DNA of 64,000 nt, taken from Antechinus flavipes (Eukaryota). The notes below the pieces were generated by a model. It did no database searches. It had not been told where the DNA came from and saw nothing but the letters and a program-made list of their open reading frames with translations. The position numbers and the translations under genes are program-made. The stretch covers positions 390,662,001 through 390,726,000 of the forward strand of contig NC_067399.1 in the NCBI RefSeq assembly GCF_016432865.1. The letters run 5' to 3'. Below are positions 42,201-53,899 of this stretch, one piece after another (position 1 is the first letter of the stretch; the number at the start of each line of letters is the position of its first letter).

Positions 42201-45200
42201 CTTTCAGGTAAAGACTGGATGGTTACCTGTTGGACATGTCCTAATATACTTATTCAAATAGGAGTTAAACTATATAGTTTTTGAGACTCCCTCTAATTCT
42301 GAGAATCTTAAACATCCTTCTAACATGATACTGACCCCTCTCACTAATTCTCCATCTTCTTACAGAAAGTACCACTCTGACTTATTCAGAAGGCCCCAAA
42401 TTCCCTGAATCCCAGCCTTTGCACCCCCATCTGAAGGTCCCATCCTAGACTCAACCTCCCTCTCTCCACCTGAAGCATCGATGGGGTGTGAGAAGATCAA
42501 AGCTTCGGTTTTTGGTCTCCCGGACACTGCAGCCCCGAAGCTCGATGAAACAAATTCCAATGCCCAGAGAAAAGGACTGAAGAGGTGGAGAGTTGAGGAA
42601 GAAGTATCAGGGATCCATCTAAAGGTTAGGAGCTGGAGGATAGTGCCCTCCTTAAGGGCTCCATCCAGCCTGTACCACCCGATGTCCCACCTCATCTCTT
42701 GTGTCGCATCTTTCCCCTTTACCTGCTCACTCTTGTACAGTCCTAGCTCCCCAGGGCTCAGAGCTGCAAACACTTTAGCTTTGTGTCCCCGGAGTTCTAG
42801 GGTTCCTGTGCGGATGGGCCGTGGTGGATGAGGAGGCCGGGGGTTGCCTTGTAGCCGTTGTTCCTTTAGTCGAGACTGCAGTGTTGTGCACCAGCTGTCC
42901 CTCTGAACTGAAGGCAGATGGAGATGAGGATTGAAGAGGTTGAATCATAGAGTGAAGGTAATATAGATAATGCCCCAGAGGACAGCGGGGCTGGGTTTAT
43001 GACTAGTGAGCACTCTTTAGGAGTGCACTTTGAAACAATATAGGGATATTTCCTTATGAAAGTTCCCAGGCACCTCAAATTCAACATAGCTAAAATAGAA
43101 TTCATTATGTTTCTTTCTATAATAGTTCCTCCTCCAAGTTTTTCTGCTCCTATTGAGTGTATCACCGCCTTTTAGTTGCCCAGATTCACAACCTCAACCT
43201 CAGACTTTCCCTTTTCCTCATCACTCAGTCTTTCCCTGCCCGCATATAGTTTTTGGCCATATCGTGTCAAATCTATTGTCATTATATCTTTTGTATCTGT
43301 ATTTTTTCCTTCAGTCAAACCGCCACCACCTTAGTTCAATTTCTTTTCACCTCTGGGCAAATCTACTGCAATAATTCTCCCTGCTCTCTGTTTCCAAACC
43401 TTTGCAATTCATGCTCCACACAGCTGCCAAAATAATATTCCTCAGGCATACTTCTGATTATGTCACTTCCCAGCTCAAGAATTTCCAATGGCTCCCTATT
43501 GCCTCTAGAATAAAATGAAGACTCTTTTGTCATTTAAAGCTCAATCTAATTCCAGGCTACCTTTTCAGATTTACTTTGTTTTGCTCTGCTTCTCATAGTA
43601 TGCTCTTATGATCTATCCAAAATGTCCTATGTTCTTGCTCCCATCAGTTGACTATGAGTTGATCTCTCATTGGAGAAATAGATTTTCAATCTTCATTCAT
43701 GCCTTTGTCCAGGCTGTCCTCATGCCTGAAATACTGTCTCTTCTCACTTCCTCCTCTCAAAATTCTAATTTCATTAAGGATCAGGGCATCTTGTACACTT
43801 CCCGATACCCTTACTTGTTATTGCTCTTTCCCTTCTCATATTATCTTGTATTTACTTATGTTTATATGCCATAATGATCAGTAAAACATAAGTTCTTTGA
43901 AGTTGGAGGCTGTTTTTCATTTCTGTCTTTGTATCATAAACAGCACTGTGATTCACAGTCTTTTTTTTTTTCTCAGTCCTATGATTTCATAAACATATGG
44001 AACTCTTGGTATGGAAATGCTCTCCACAAATGCAAGTTAACAAATCATCTGCAACTTATAGTCAGAGAATTTCCTGGAGCATTGAGAAGTTCGTCCCTTG
44101 CTCATAATCACACAGATTTGTCAGAGACTTGTCTTCTTGATACCAAAGCAAGCCCTCTACTCTGTCATGATTCCCTCACCTTGCATATGGTATAACCTTA
44201 ATAAATGCTTTTTGGATTGAAGGAAGTGGGATGACAGTAAGTCTACCTGTTGTTCTCCTACCTCAGGCTGGCCCTTTACTCACCTTCACTATCAGCTCGA
44301 AACACAAATACTCTTTGGCTAGTGATGACTTGGAACTTGCAGTCCTTGCAGCTTCGGATCATCTCAATGACTGTCAGTGGGATGACCCCTTTAGGGAATG
44401 TGTCCTGGGGACAGATCAGCATTGACCCAAAGTCAACAAGGAACTTGGTATTGCCACCCCAGGAAGACTCCTCATTTTATTTCCCCTTAAGACCCTCATT
44501 TCTTCCCTCTCAGACTGCCTCCCAAATTTCAGATGCCTTAAAAACCCAACATTCTTTCTGGATTTTCCTAGCTTCTTTGTAATCCATTCCCACTCTCCAC
44601 ATACATACAAACCTACCTTGTCACTTCCATAATACATCAACTTCTTTCCATTGAACCTGACAAAGCGCCTCTGAAAGACATAATTCCTAGGGGAAAGGAA
44701 AGAGGAATCAGTCTCCCAGGGTCCAAAACTGGCAGCAGGAAGGTACTCTCTAATGAAGGGAAGGGGAAGTCTCTTAGGGTTAGAGTAATAGACTACGTCC
44801 TTCCCAAGTCACTTTATTAACAGCAACACCTCCATGCACTCTTTCTAGCTTCCACCTCCCTCCTTTTATAGCTTCCCTCCCTTCTCATAATCTTTCCTGT
44901 TTTTTTTCCTTTCCAAAGTCCCCCACATCACCCCCTTCCAATCACACCCCTGAGGCGAGAGCTTGTCCAACCAGCCGCTGAGCAGGGGTGTAGGGGGATC
45001 AGCTAGTGAAGTAAAGCTGGCATAGGGGGAGATAAGATCATCACTTGGCTCTTCGGGGTCCAGGATGGGCATCAAGTGGGTAGAGTCTCCAGGCAGCTCC
45101 AGACTAGCATAGCCACAATCCTCTCCCCCCTCTGGTTCATGGCTGCTTGCTCTAGGGAAAGTAGAGAAAAGGTGTGAATAGTTGACTCAACCCAGTCCAT

Positions 45201-46378
45201 CTCTTCTCCTCATGACTGCTATATTCTTCCCCATTATAATCTGTTCTAAATCATCTCCTTTATGATCCTTCTAAATTTCTCTCCAATATTCCTCTTCATA
45301 TCTCCTTTATAGCTTGCCTTTCATGATTCATCTCAAAGCACCTACCTGGGTTCACCTGCTGACTGACCCCTTGTCTTCCTTCCCTGTGGAGTTCCAGGGA
45401 CTGAAACAGGCTGAACACCATAGTATAGGCTGCTGGGGTCCATGATATGCACTGGAGTTTGGGGAAATAGGGATGGGGAGACAAGTCAAATGGTAGAATG
45501 GATATGATGAATCCTCACCTTTAATAACTTTACCATCCCTTGCCCCTCCCCTTCCATATGGTCTTCTGCTGACCTGTGCCGCCTGTGGGTCTGGAAGTGG
45601 GGATGGGAGTAGGAGGATCTACCAGGGAGCAGTCTGTAGTCCTGAGGATAGAAAGGAACTTGTAACACAGGGAGCAAAGAGGGAGAGAAGAAAGACAGTG
45701 CTTTGCCTCCCCCCTTTCTTTCTCCCTTCTCTACTGAACCCCTTCCCCAGCTGATTGCTGACCCACTCACGTTTCTTGAACCCCTGGTTGTGCTCCCCTT
45801 CCAAGGTCCAGCCCAAAGTAGATATCATTGGGCATCATTGTCATCCTCTCAGAGGTGGGAAGTTGATCTGCAGGGAGGGAGGGGGTGAAGGGGGACTGAG
45901 GGGTGCTTAGGGAAGGCTCTTGGTTCACAGGCTGTTCTGAGCTCCTGGGGACCATGCTCTCCTCCTCTTGGACTAACAGGCTGGTATCCTCTCCCTGAGT
46001 CACTGGAGGGGTCTCTGCAGAAGGGTTCAACAGGGGAGGTGGAACTGATTCCACAGGAGTAGTGCCAAAAAAAGTAAACACAGTCCTTGGTTTGGGCACT
46101 GGTTTGTTGGGGAGCACTTGATCTGGGCTTGGGGGTTGATCCATGGTGGTGTCCAGTGGGGTGTCTGTAGGAACCTCCACAGTGGCCCCCTGCAGCAGGC
46201 GAAGAATCCGTTTGCGATGACCCGTGGCCCAGATGCCCATTCGACGAAGTTCCTCGTGGCCCAGGTTTTGGGCAGCAGCCGCAGTGGACACACCGTGCCT
46301 CCTGAATATATCTGCGTACCGCTCCAGATGTACTTCTGCCAGCCAGACCTCAATGTCCAGGTCCCTGGATGACTCCAT
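33263..46378 (-). CDS. ARAP3: ArfGAP with RhoGAP domain, ankyrin repeat and PH domain 3, complete, 32 coding exons, 1573 aa as written
   Basis: Exons: 45771-46378, 45574-45641, 45346-45451, 44948-45151, 44617-44686, 44284-44404, 42723-42907, 42470-42576, 41825-42024, 41618-41703, 41249-41431, 41013-41121, 40471-40590, 40148-40295, 39945-40047, 39373-39592, 39197-39260, 38590-38753, 38160-38372, 37802-37907, 37505-37652, 36665-36733, 36006-36080, 35792-35906, 35582-35710, 35305-35438, 35005-35087, 34867-34902, 34579-34642, 34332-34469, 34012-34050, 33263-33769; 4722 nt in frame. SAM (GHRKRIL), PH domains, ArfGAP zinc finger CADC...CKHC, RhoGAP EGVYRKGG, RA domain. The last ~30 aa are frameshifted relative to the eutherian protein (see findings). 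Confidence 0.97.
36284..36428 (-). mobile_element. WSINE1-type marsupial tRNA-derived SINE with TSD
   Basis: Minus strand: GGGGCAGCTAAATGGCATAGTGGCTAGAGCAG...GAGTTCAAATC...ACTTAACATTTCCTAGCTGTGTGAC...ATTGCCTCAG, then polyA. Direct repeat TTTGGAATCT at 36274-36283 and 36431-36440. Confidence 0.9.
36815..37030 (-). mobile_element. MIR/Mar1-type SINE
   Basis: ataataatag...catttataaagcactt...ctttacaaatgtgatctcattta...gaggttaagtgacttccccagagtcaca. Confidence 0.75.
43050..44225 (+). mobile_element. L2 3' region in an ARAP3 intron
   Basis: cacctcaaattcaacatagctaaaatagaattc...ctccacacagctgccaaaataatattcct...ttccaatggctccctattgcc...taataaatgc; L2 3' consensus-like. Confidence 0.75.
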
Positions 46379-46559
46379 GAGGGTTCAGGCCATTGCCTGG
46401 AAAAGAGAGAGAGGAGGTGGGGATGGCGGACAGGGCTTAAGCTAAACTTCACATGCTTTTCTCCTCAGCTTTAGGGTAGAAGAAGCCTAACCCAAATCCT
46501 GCAAGCCTCCCCCAACCACAGTCAGGCAAAGTCACAGGGATTTAGACACGGAATGGGGA

Positions 46560-46760
46560 GACACAGAGTTCATAGACTGTCCAAGTTTGAAAGGACTTTC
46601 AGGGATCTGGCCCAAACCCCCTGTTTTATAAATGAGGAAAGAAGACCCCAAAGAGTTTAAATGACTTGCCCATGATCACATATCAATAGGTGGCAGAGCC
46701 AGAGCCAGAACCCAGGTTTCTTTGACTCACGGTTCAGTGTTCTTTCCATTACACCCCAGA
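46560..46760 (-). mobile_element. MIR-type SINE in ARAP3 intron 1
   Basis: ttttataaatgaggaaa...aaatgacttgcccatgatcaca...agaacccagg...tttgactc. Confidence 0.7.
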
Positions 46761-47379
46761 GTCACTGAGAAAGCAGATACCTAGAACCCTAGAAAGCCAC
46801 TGTGAAGTGAGGAAAGGGACCAAGATCACAGGCGGGGACTGGGGTCACTGAGGGCCACCAGATGAAATAACTGGCCCAACAGCAGCAGCCTGGAACCAGG
46901 GGAGAGGAAGGGGAAGGTCAACAAAATCAGGGTGGGGAACAACAGAGAGTGATCAGCCTAGTCTCAATCAGGAGCAGGCAGGAATGGAAGAGACCATTCC
47001 CACAGGTCTCTGCAGCTCTAACCCAAAACACTGCTGTCCAGTTTCCAGTTCCTCCTCCCCTTCCACCTATTGTCTCCACTCAGACTTCCTTCCTGTCCCT
47101 TCACCAAAGAGCCGCCCCCACATCCTGCCCCAGCCAGGCTGGGCAGAGAACTCGGACATGTCAGGGCTGGGCCAGGGAGAGAAAGAAAGTGGTGGGTGAT
47201 GGTGGGATTGACTTGGCCAGTTCCACTGCCCTCTGCCCAGGAATCTCTGCGTTATCTCCCCTCATGCCATCTGACACATCCTAGGCCCGCACTCAGGGTG
47301 AAAGAACACTCCTTCATCCCTGTCCCTATGTGCGTTCTTCAGGCTTTATCTCTATTTTTGTCCCGTCCCTATCCTCCCT

Positions 47380-48420
47380 TTGTTTCGACTCTTCCGTACC
47401 CCAGCTTGTGTCCCCGTGCAGTGGGTGACCACCCCCAATCGAGAACCGAGATCGCCGGACACTGACTCAAGCTACCCCTCTCCCTTGTGACTCAGTCCCT
47501 TGCCTGGCACAAGACTGGAAACCAAATGGTCAGAATGGGGGCAAGCTTGCCAATGGGGGGGAGGCGGGGCAGGGAAAACAGAGGCATGGGAAAGGGCAAG
47601 GAGAGGGCAGAGCCCGGTCTTGAGAAAGGAGGGGCGGGTCAACCGTCGGGGGGCGGGAGAGAAGAATTTGCAGGAGGCGGAGAGGGGCTCCTGGCTCCAG
47701 AGATCGCGCTTTGAGATCTTAGAAAGGAGGAGCCCACGCAAGAGCCCTAGGGTGGTCGGGAACTCTTCAAAGGTACAAAGAAAGTTGGAGGGCAAAGAAC
47801 GGGTTCTCACCTTAGTCCGCGGCTGTCCGCTCAGCTCCATTCACTCGGCGCGGTTGCAGCCAGCGTCTAGAAGCTCCAAGCTCGGGTCCCCAGTGCTTCG
47901 GCCCGCCCCAGCCCTCCCACCACCTGTGTTGTCCCCGCCCCGGCTAGGCTCTCTACTCCGCCTTCTGCAGGCGGCCCTTGAGCAAGGACTAGGAGGGAGA
48001 AGTTGCAGAACTGTTACCCAATGCCCCGAGTTTAGCTCCCTCCAGCCTCACCCCGCCCTGCAGTCTGGGTACCACTATGTGACACCCGTTATTCGGACGC
48101 TCACAACGTTCCCCTCCCCCAAGAAGGGGGTGCTGGAGGAGGCTGCTTTCCCCCGATCCCGTCTCCTAGGGCACCTCAATCTAGGGGAGATGTGTGTAAT
48201 AGGAAACGGGGAGCCCAGGTTCGGGCTCAGAAGAATAGTTCTGCCCTTCCCTCGGAGCTAGAGGTCCCTGGAAGAAGGCCGACGTTCCAGCGCTTCGCTT
48301 CCCATCGCCTTCATCACCTCTTCTTGGAAACTGTCCCTGGCCCCATTCCCACCCGCTCTCGGCCCGGCCCCATCCACTGGCGCTGCCCCACGGAGTGGGC
48401 TGTGGTGGCTGAGCCCTCTG
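47380..48420. promoter_or_regulatory. ARAP3 CpG-rich promoter
   Basis: CpG enrichment and GC boxes (GTCCCCGCCC at about 47931-47940) around exon 1. Confidence 0.75.
47811..47880 (-). other. ARAP3: ARAP3 first exon (5'UTR; upstream end approximate)
   Basis: GACTAAG|GTGAGA donor at 47811 inside a CpG-rich region. It would splice to the acceptor at 46396 (cttttccag|GCAATGG), 18 nt before the start codon. Confidence 0.7.
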
Positions 48421-49155
48421 TAGCTGCAACAGCTCTTATGCCCACCTTCCCCTAAGTGATACCCCTTTCCCCCAAGCCCTTTATATTTGCCTTTAGGATT
48501 AGAGCGCCACAGTTGGAAGGGACTTCTGGAGCCATCTAGTCTAATCCCATTATTCCGCAGATGCCAAAACTGAAGTCTGGGGAAATTTAGTGACAGTGAG
48601 GATCTGAGGAAGGCCCTTCGACCCCAGAACTAGTTCCTTTCCCTCTGTACTAGGATGAGAAAGAGCTCTTCTTTCCCAGGAGAATCCTACCCTCTCAGTT
48701 TTGTTTCTCTTCTGCTGCTCTGTGTATGCAGTGGGGAGTGAACGGAAGGGTTAATGGTGACTTTTCTGACTTGTAACAGGAAATGTAATAAGTCACCTAG
48801 AGAGAGGAACCACAGACATTCCTGACTCTGGGGAAGCAGTGGGGAATGTGGGAGATTCCTTTTCATTGACCATGGAAATCAAGTTAACTCCCCTCCTTTC
48901 AAGGTCCTAGAATTGAAAAAGTAAAATTATTAGGGAGAGGTCTCCATGTTCAGCCTTCTACTCCAGCATTACAAAACAGATCACAGGACTTCTAGAAGAG
49001 CAAAATACCTCAATAGATGGGAACCTAAGGTTATTGCCAGAAACCCTCCTCTTCCTTCCTCTATCCCTAGATGGAGGTAGAAAAAGAAGTGACCTACCTT
49101 TTTATTGCTAGGGAAATAGTCATAGAGTTCAGCAGGATCAGGACAAGACTTATTT

Positions 49156-50022
49156 ATTTTTTATGTATACGTATTTATACAGTTGTCTTGCTATACAAGA
49201 AAAAATGGATTTAGAAAGAAGGTAAAAATAACCTGGGAAGAAAAACAAAAATGCAACAAAAACAACAAAACAAACAAAACAAACAAAAAAAACAACAGAA
49301 AGAGTGCAAATGCTATGTTGTGGTCCACACTCATTTCCCAGTGTTCTTTTGCTGGATGTAGCTGGTTCTGTTCATTACTGATCAATTGGAAATGATTTGG
49401 ATCCTCTCATTGCTGAAGATGGCCACGTCCATCAGAATTGGTCATCATATAGCATTGTTGATGAAGTGTATAATGATTTCCTGGTTTTGCTCACTTCACT
49501 CAGCATCAATTCATTTAAGTCTCTCCAATCCTCTCTGTATTCATCTTGCTGGTCGTTTCTTACAGAACAATAATATTCCATAATATTCATATACCACAAT
49601 TTACTCAGCCATTCTCCAACTGATGGGCAGGTTCCAGTTTCTAACAACTATGAAAAGGGCTGCCATAAACATTTTTGCACATACGGGTCCCTTTCCCTTC
49701 TTTAAGAGCTCATTGAGATATAAGCCCAGTAGTAACACTGTTGAGTCAAAGAGTATGCACAGTTTGATATCCCTTTGGGCATAGTTCCAAATTACTCTCC
49801 AGAATGGTTGGATCCATTCACAATTCCATCAACAATGTATAGTTCCAGTTTCCCCACATCCCTTTCAACATTCGTCATTATCTTTTCTGATCATCTTAGC
49901 CAATCTGACAGGTGTGTGGTGGTATCTCAGAGTTGTTTTAATTTGCATTTCTCTGATCGATAATGATTTGGAACACATCTTCATATGGATAGAAATAGTT
50001 TCAATTTCCTCATCTGAAAATT
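49156..50022 (-). mobile_element. L1 fragment (ORF2 C-terminus plus part of 3'UTR) with 15-bp TSD
   Basis: ORF2 remnant LETGTCPSVGEWLSKLWYMNIMEYYCSVRND. Direct repeat GGACAAGACTTATTT at 49141-49155 and 50023-50037. Confidence 0.92.
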
Positions 50023-52779
50023 GGACAAGACTTATTTTTGCAAAGTACTGGGGTCAAGGCAGGAGCTTAAAGAAGAGGCCAAGGGGATCAGGGTGGAGCT
50101 ATGAAGAGGGAACCTCTGCAATGATGGCAAACCTAACTTCCTTCCACAGAAAACTTATCAGATCTCTCAACCCCACCTTTATCTCTATCTATTTCTGTGT
50201 CTGTCTTTTCTCTCTGTGTGTCAGTCTCTTCTGTGTGTCTATTTTTCTCATTTATTTCCTTCTCCACTTGAAAAACAGTGCTCTTGGAAAAGGGAAGGAA
50301 AGAGGTGCTTGAACTTGAGTTTCACACTCCAAGCTCCATCTTAAAGATCAAGATCGAAGATCTCTTTTTCATTCAGCTTCACAGTCACCCTTTCCTACAT
50401 AAACTCAGAAGCTGCTTACACCCAAAAGGTTAGTTGAAATGTGGGAATCACACACACTAATCAACTTGCAGCATAGAAAGAAATAAAGCTATTAAAGGCC
50501 TTGTCCTCCTCCAACCCAATCCAAATTTCTCCACTTCCTTCAAGGTCAGGGGCAGAGAAAGTAAGAATTAGGAAAAAGAGACAAAGAAACAATCAACCAG
50601 ATGGACAACAAAGCAATGAAAGGATCAAGAGCCGAAAAAGCTGCTCAGGCTGAGGATGGCAAAGTGGTGGGGTAAATATATTTGTGAGTTTGAGACTCAT
50701 TCCAAATTTAGTCTACCCTCACTCCAAAGCTCTCTCCATATTCTAGGGTTTTGCTATAAAAGATAATGGGCAAGGGGGGGGGGGGATCACAAAAGGTTTA
50801 GCAATGTCCTCTTTCAATCTGCCTTGAGTGATTTGGCCTGAGATAGGAGACTGGGAATCAAGGGAATCTTTATCATTCCCTTAACAGCTGAGCAGATTCT
50901 TGAGTGCCTTCCAGGGTGTTTAGTTAGGGATGCACTAGTGGGCAAAGGGATTAATTATCATTTCCTTTGCTGTGTGTTGAGGGTGGCAGGGTGGGGTAGG
51001 GCAGCAAGATTGGATGTCTAGAGTGAAGGCTCCACTATGGTTGGAAATCCCAAAGTAATTACAGTTCAGGAGGTAGGAGGGTTACTTGGGGCTCTTGTCT
51101 GTAAGACTGAGCTTCTCCAAATAAAGAAAGGTATTTTGGGGGGTATATCTCTCAGATTAGCTAGGGATGAAAAACTCAGGTCTACCAAGGATGGGAAGAG
51201 TGAGTAGGGTTATCAGAAAGGAGTTTCTTTTGGAGGGAAGAACTCCTCTTCAAGGTCACTGACATGGTAAAGCTATCCCTCCATCAGGATATGTTCATCA
51301 GTGTTGTCCAGGAACCACCACAGTTCAAAGCTGACTCAACTAGGATAAGTGGCCCCTTGGAAGGTGGGGTGGGCTGGAAGCCAACAACAGCCAAATCCCA
51401 AGTCTAATCTTTTCTGGCTCCCTCATCGTTGCCTCTCCCAGGAGAAGATATGGTGTCTGGGGGCCAATTGAGCTAATGGCTTTTATAATCAGCCACATCT
51501 ATTTTTCTGAATAAAAGGATACATACATTAGCTAACAGGGAAAGAGGTCAAGTAATTCTCAGTGATGTGAGAGTGGGTTTTCTTGCTTTCCTAGTACTCT
51601 TGCCTATAGGCTTATGCTGTGTCTCCCAAGTGACTCTGGCTATTGCTATAACCCTACTCATCATAGGGCTGAAAACTAGGATGCTTTATTCACCACCTAC
51701 TTAAGTATCAAGCTTCTATTACAGCCAGCCATTATACTGTCATCTTTATTATACACCATCATACTGATATAGCGATGACCTCATCACACCCTTTTGTTAT
51801 GTACCCCCACTATCTCATTTAACCCTTTGACTTTGCTATATTTAATCAGTCTATTAGTTCCTTCATTTAGATTGATTCCTGTCATGTCCTTACACCTCAT
51901 CACTCCTATCAAGTTTTTCATGGTAGTATTCCTGTTCCCTGTTCAACATTTTCCCCTTATGTTGTTGTTCCCCATCATCCTTATATTATAGTCACTTTAT
52001 TGCCTCAATATTTCTGGTTGTTCCATCACCTCCTTTGGCCTGTGTACTAATGCTTTGACTGACCTTTCAAGACTCCATTCTACCCTTTCATACCTCATCA
52101 TCACCAGTCTTTCTGGTGCAAATAACAATATGTGTAACCATTGCTCCCTTTGGCCTTGGTGAGATTAGAAATCTGCAGGGACAGAATCCTTTCTCAGAGA
52201 AGCGTATATGGAGGCGAAGACAACAAGAACTAGAATACACATGCGCTGCCCTCTCTCATCGCTTTGCTGGGACTGAGAACTCTCAGTTCTCAAGCACTAA
52301 GAATTCTTACCCAAAGTCCATTGCTTCTTCTCCCTATGAACCCCAGCCTTTTCTCATTTGAAGTCTATTTGAAGATGCTGTTTATCACTGGGCAGCCAGG
52401 GCAGCCAGGATCTTGGAACCACAAGGTCTCTGTTCTTCAGAGAGCTGTGGCAGCTCCCTGGGCAAAAGGAAGAGGAGGAACAAACAGCAAAATGAAATGC
52501 TATTCTTCTCCCTGGGACATCCTGGGGAGAGGAAGGGAAGAAGACTCTAGATCTTGGAAGTTTATTCCCTAAGTAAGGAGCAAGCAAGAACCGTCTATTA
52601 GAGAATAGCTGAATGTAGCCTTGGACAGAAAGGCAGAGGATAGCCCCTAGCAGTTGTGGATAAGAGGTGGCACCCCTAGAGAAAGAATGCTTCTTTGAAA
52701 AGGGGATATAATTCTCTGGGCCTTATCCCACCCATGAAAAAGAGACATGTCAGGGCCCTGATCCCCTGATTATGGGAAT

Positions 52780-53170
52780 GGAAAGGGGGGGTGACATAGT
52801 TAGAACTTTAGGATGTTTAGGAAGATGATTCTGACAGCTGAGTGGAGAATGAACTGGAGTTGGGAGAGATTTGGGGTAGGAGACCACTATTGCAATAGGG
52901 AAAAGATGAGATGAGGAGGTGGGAGTATTACCAGAGGAAAAGAGTGAGAAGGGGGTATTTGAAGGCTGTTACAAAGATAGAATCTATAGGATTTGGCAAG
53001 ATTGGATATGGTGCTAAAAGAAAGTGAGGGGTCCAGGGTGACAGCTAGATTGCAGGCCTGGTTCATTGGGAAGATGGTGGTGCCCTTTATGGTAATAGGA
53101 AAATTAAAGAGAAAAGAAGCCTTGGGGCAGAGAGGAAGATGATAAGATCATTTTGGACATGTGGATGTGA
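52780..53170 (-). mobile_element. L2 fragment
   Basis: tttaggaagatgattctgacagctgagtggagaatg is the reverse complement of an L2 consensus segment. Confidence 0.7.
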
Positions 53171-53899
53171 GGAATGAAACTGACTATTAAATTCTCTTTC
53201 TTCCCACTTTGCCTATCCTACCTTAAGCCTGCTTCTTAAGAGCTGCTAAGCATTTGATCTGATAACTTTCTTAGGCTCAGAATTTGCTGAATAGCCAGAG
53301 AGGGAGAGGGAGGCTAAAGGCAGGGACCTTGGGGAACTGAGATTTCTTTAGGTTAGAGATATGGGGGATTTGACCAGGTGACTGAAATAATGTGTTGAGA
53401 GATTAGCTTAGGGATAGGTAACCTTGATGGGATTGTGGCAAATGTCAGTGCCTCTATGGGGGAGTCAGTGGTTGGGGGCCGGAGTCTCTCAATTCTAATT
53501 GTATTCCTTATGCTTTTCCAGAGGGATGGTTCAAATAAGAGTAAGCATGTAAGGGGGCATATTGAGTCAAGCTCTGACCTTAATCATTTGCCTGGTTCTG
53601 AAATGCTCTTGTTCTGAGCTCCAGACAATAACAGCAACTTTGCAGCACTGTTTATGTCAACATTGATGCACTATATTTGAAAGGCCCCATAGTCTAAGTC
53701 ATCTAGGATATAAATGCTATTTCCACCCAGAGACAGAGAGGAGACTAGAAACTTCAAGGGCAAAGTGCCTAGCACCCCTATTTGGAATACAGCCCTTGGC
53801 TCCAGACACTGTTCTGGCTAAGACCCTTCAATACATAGCCAGTGAGATAATTTTCATCCAGTTGTTGTCCTGAGAATGATAAATAGGATAGATTTGGCT

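Noticed and set aside
47500-48261. 253-aa plus-strand ORF
   Set aside because: Stop-poor CpG island antisense to the ARAP3 promoter and exon 1; no homology recognised.
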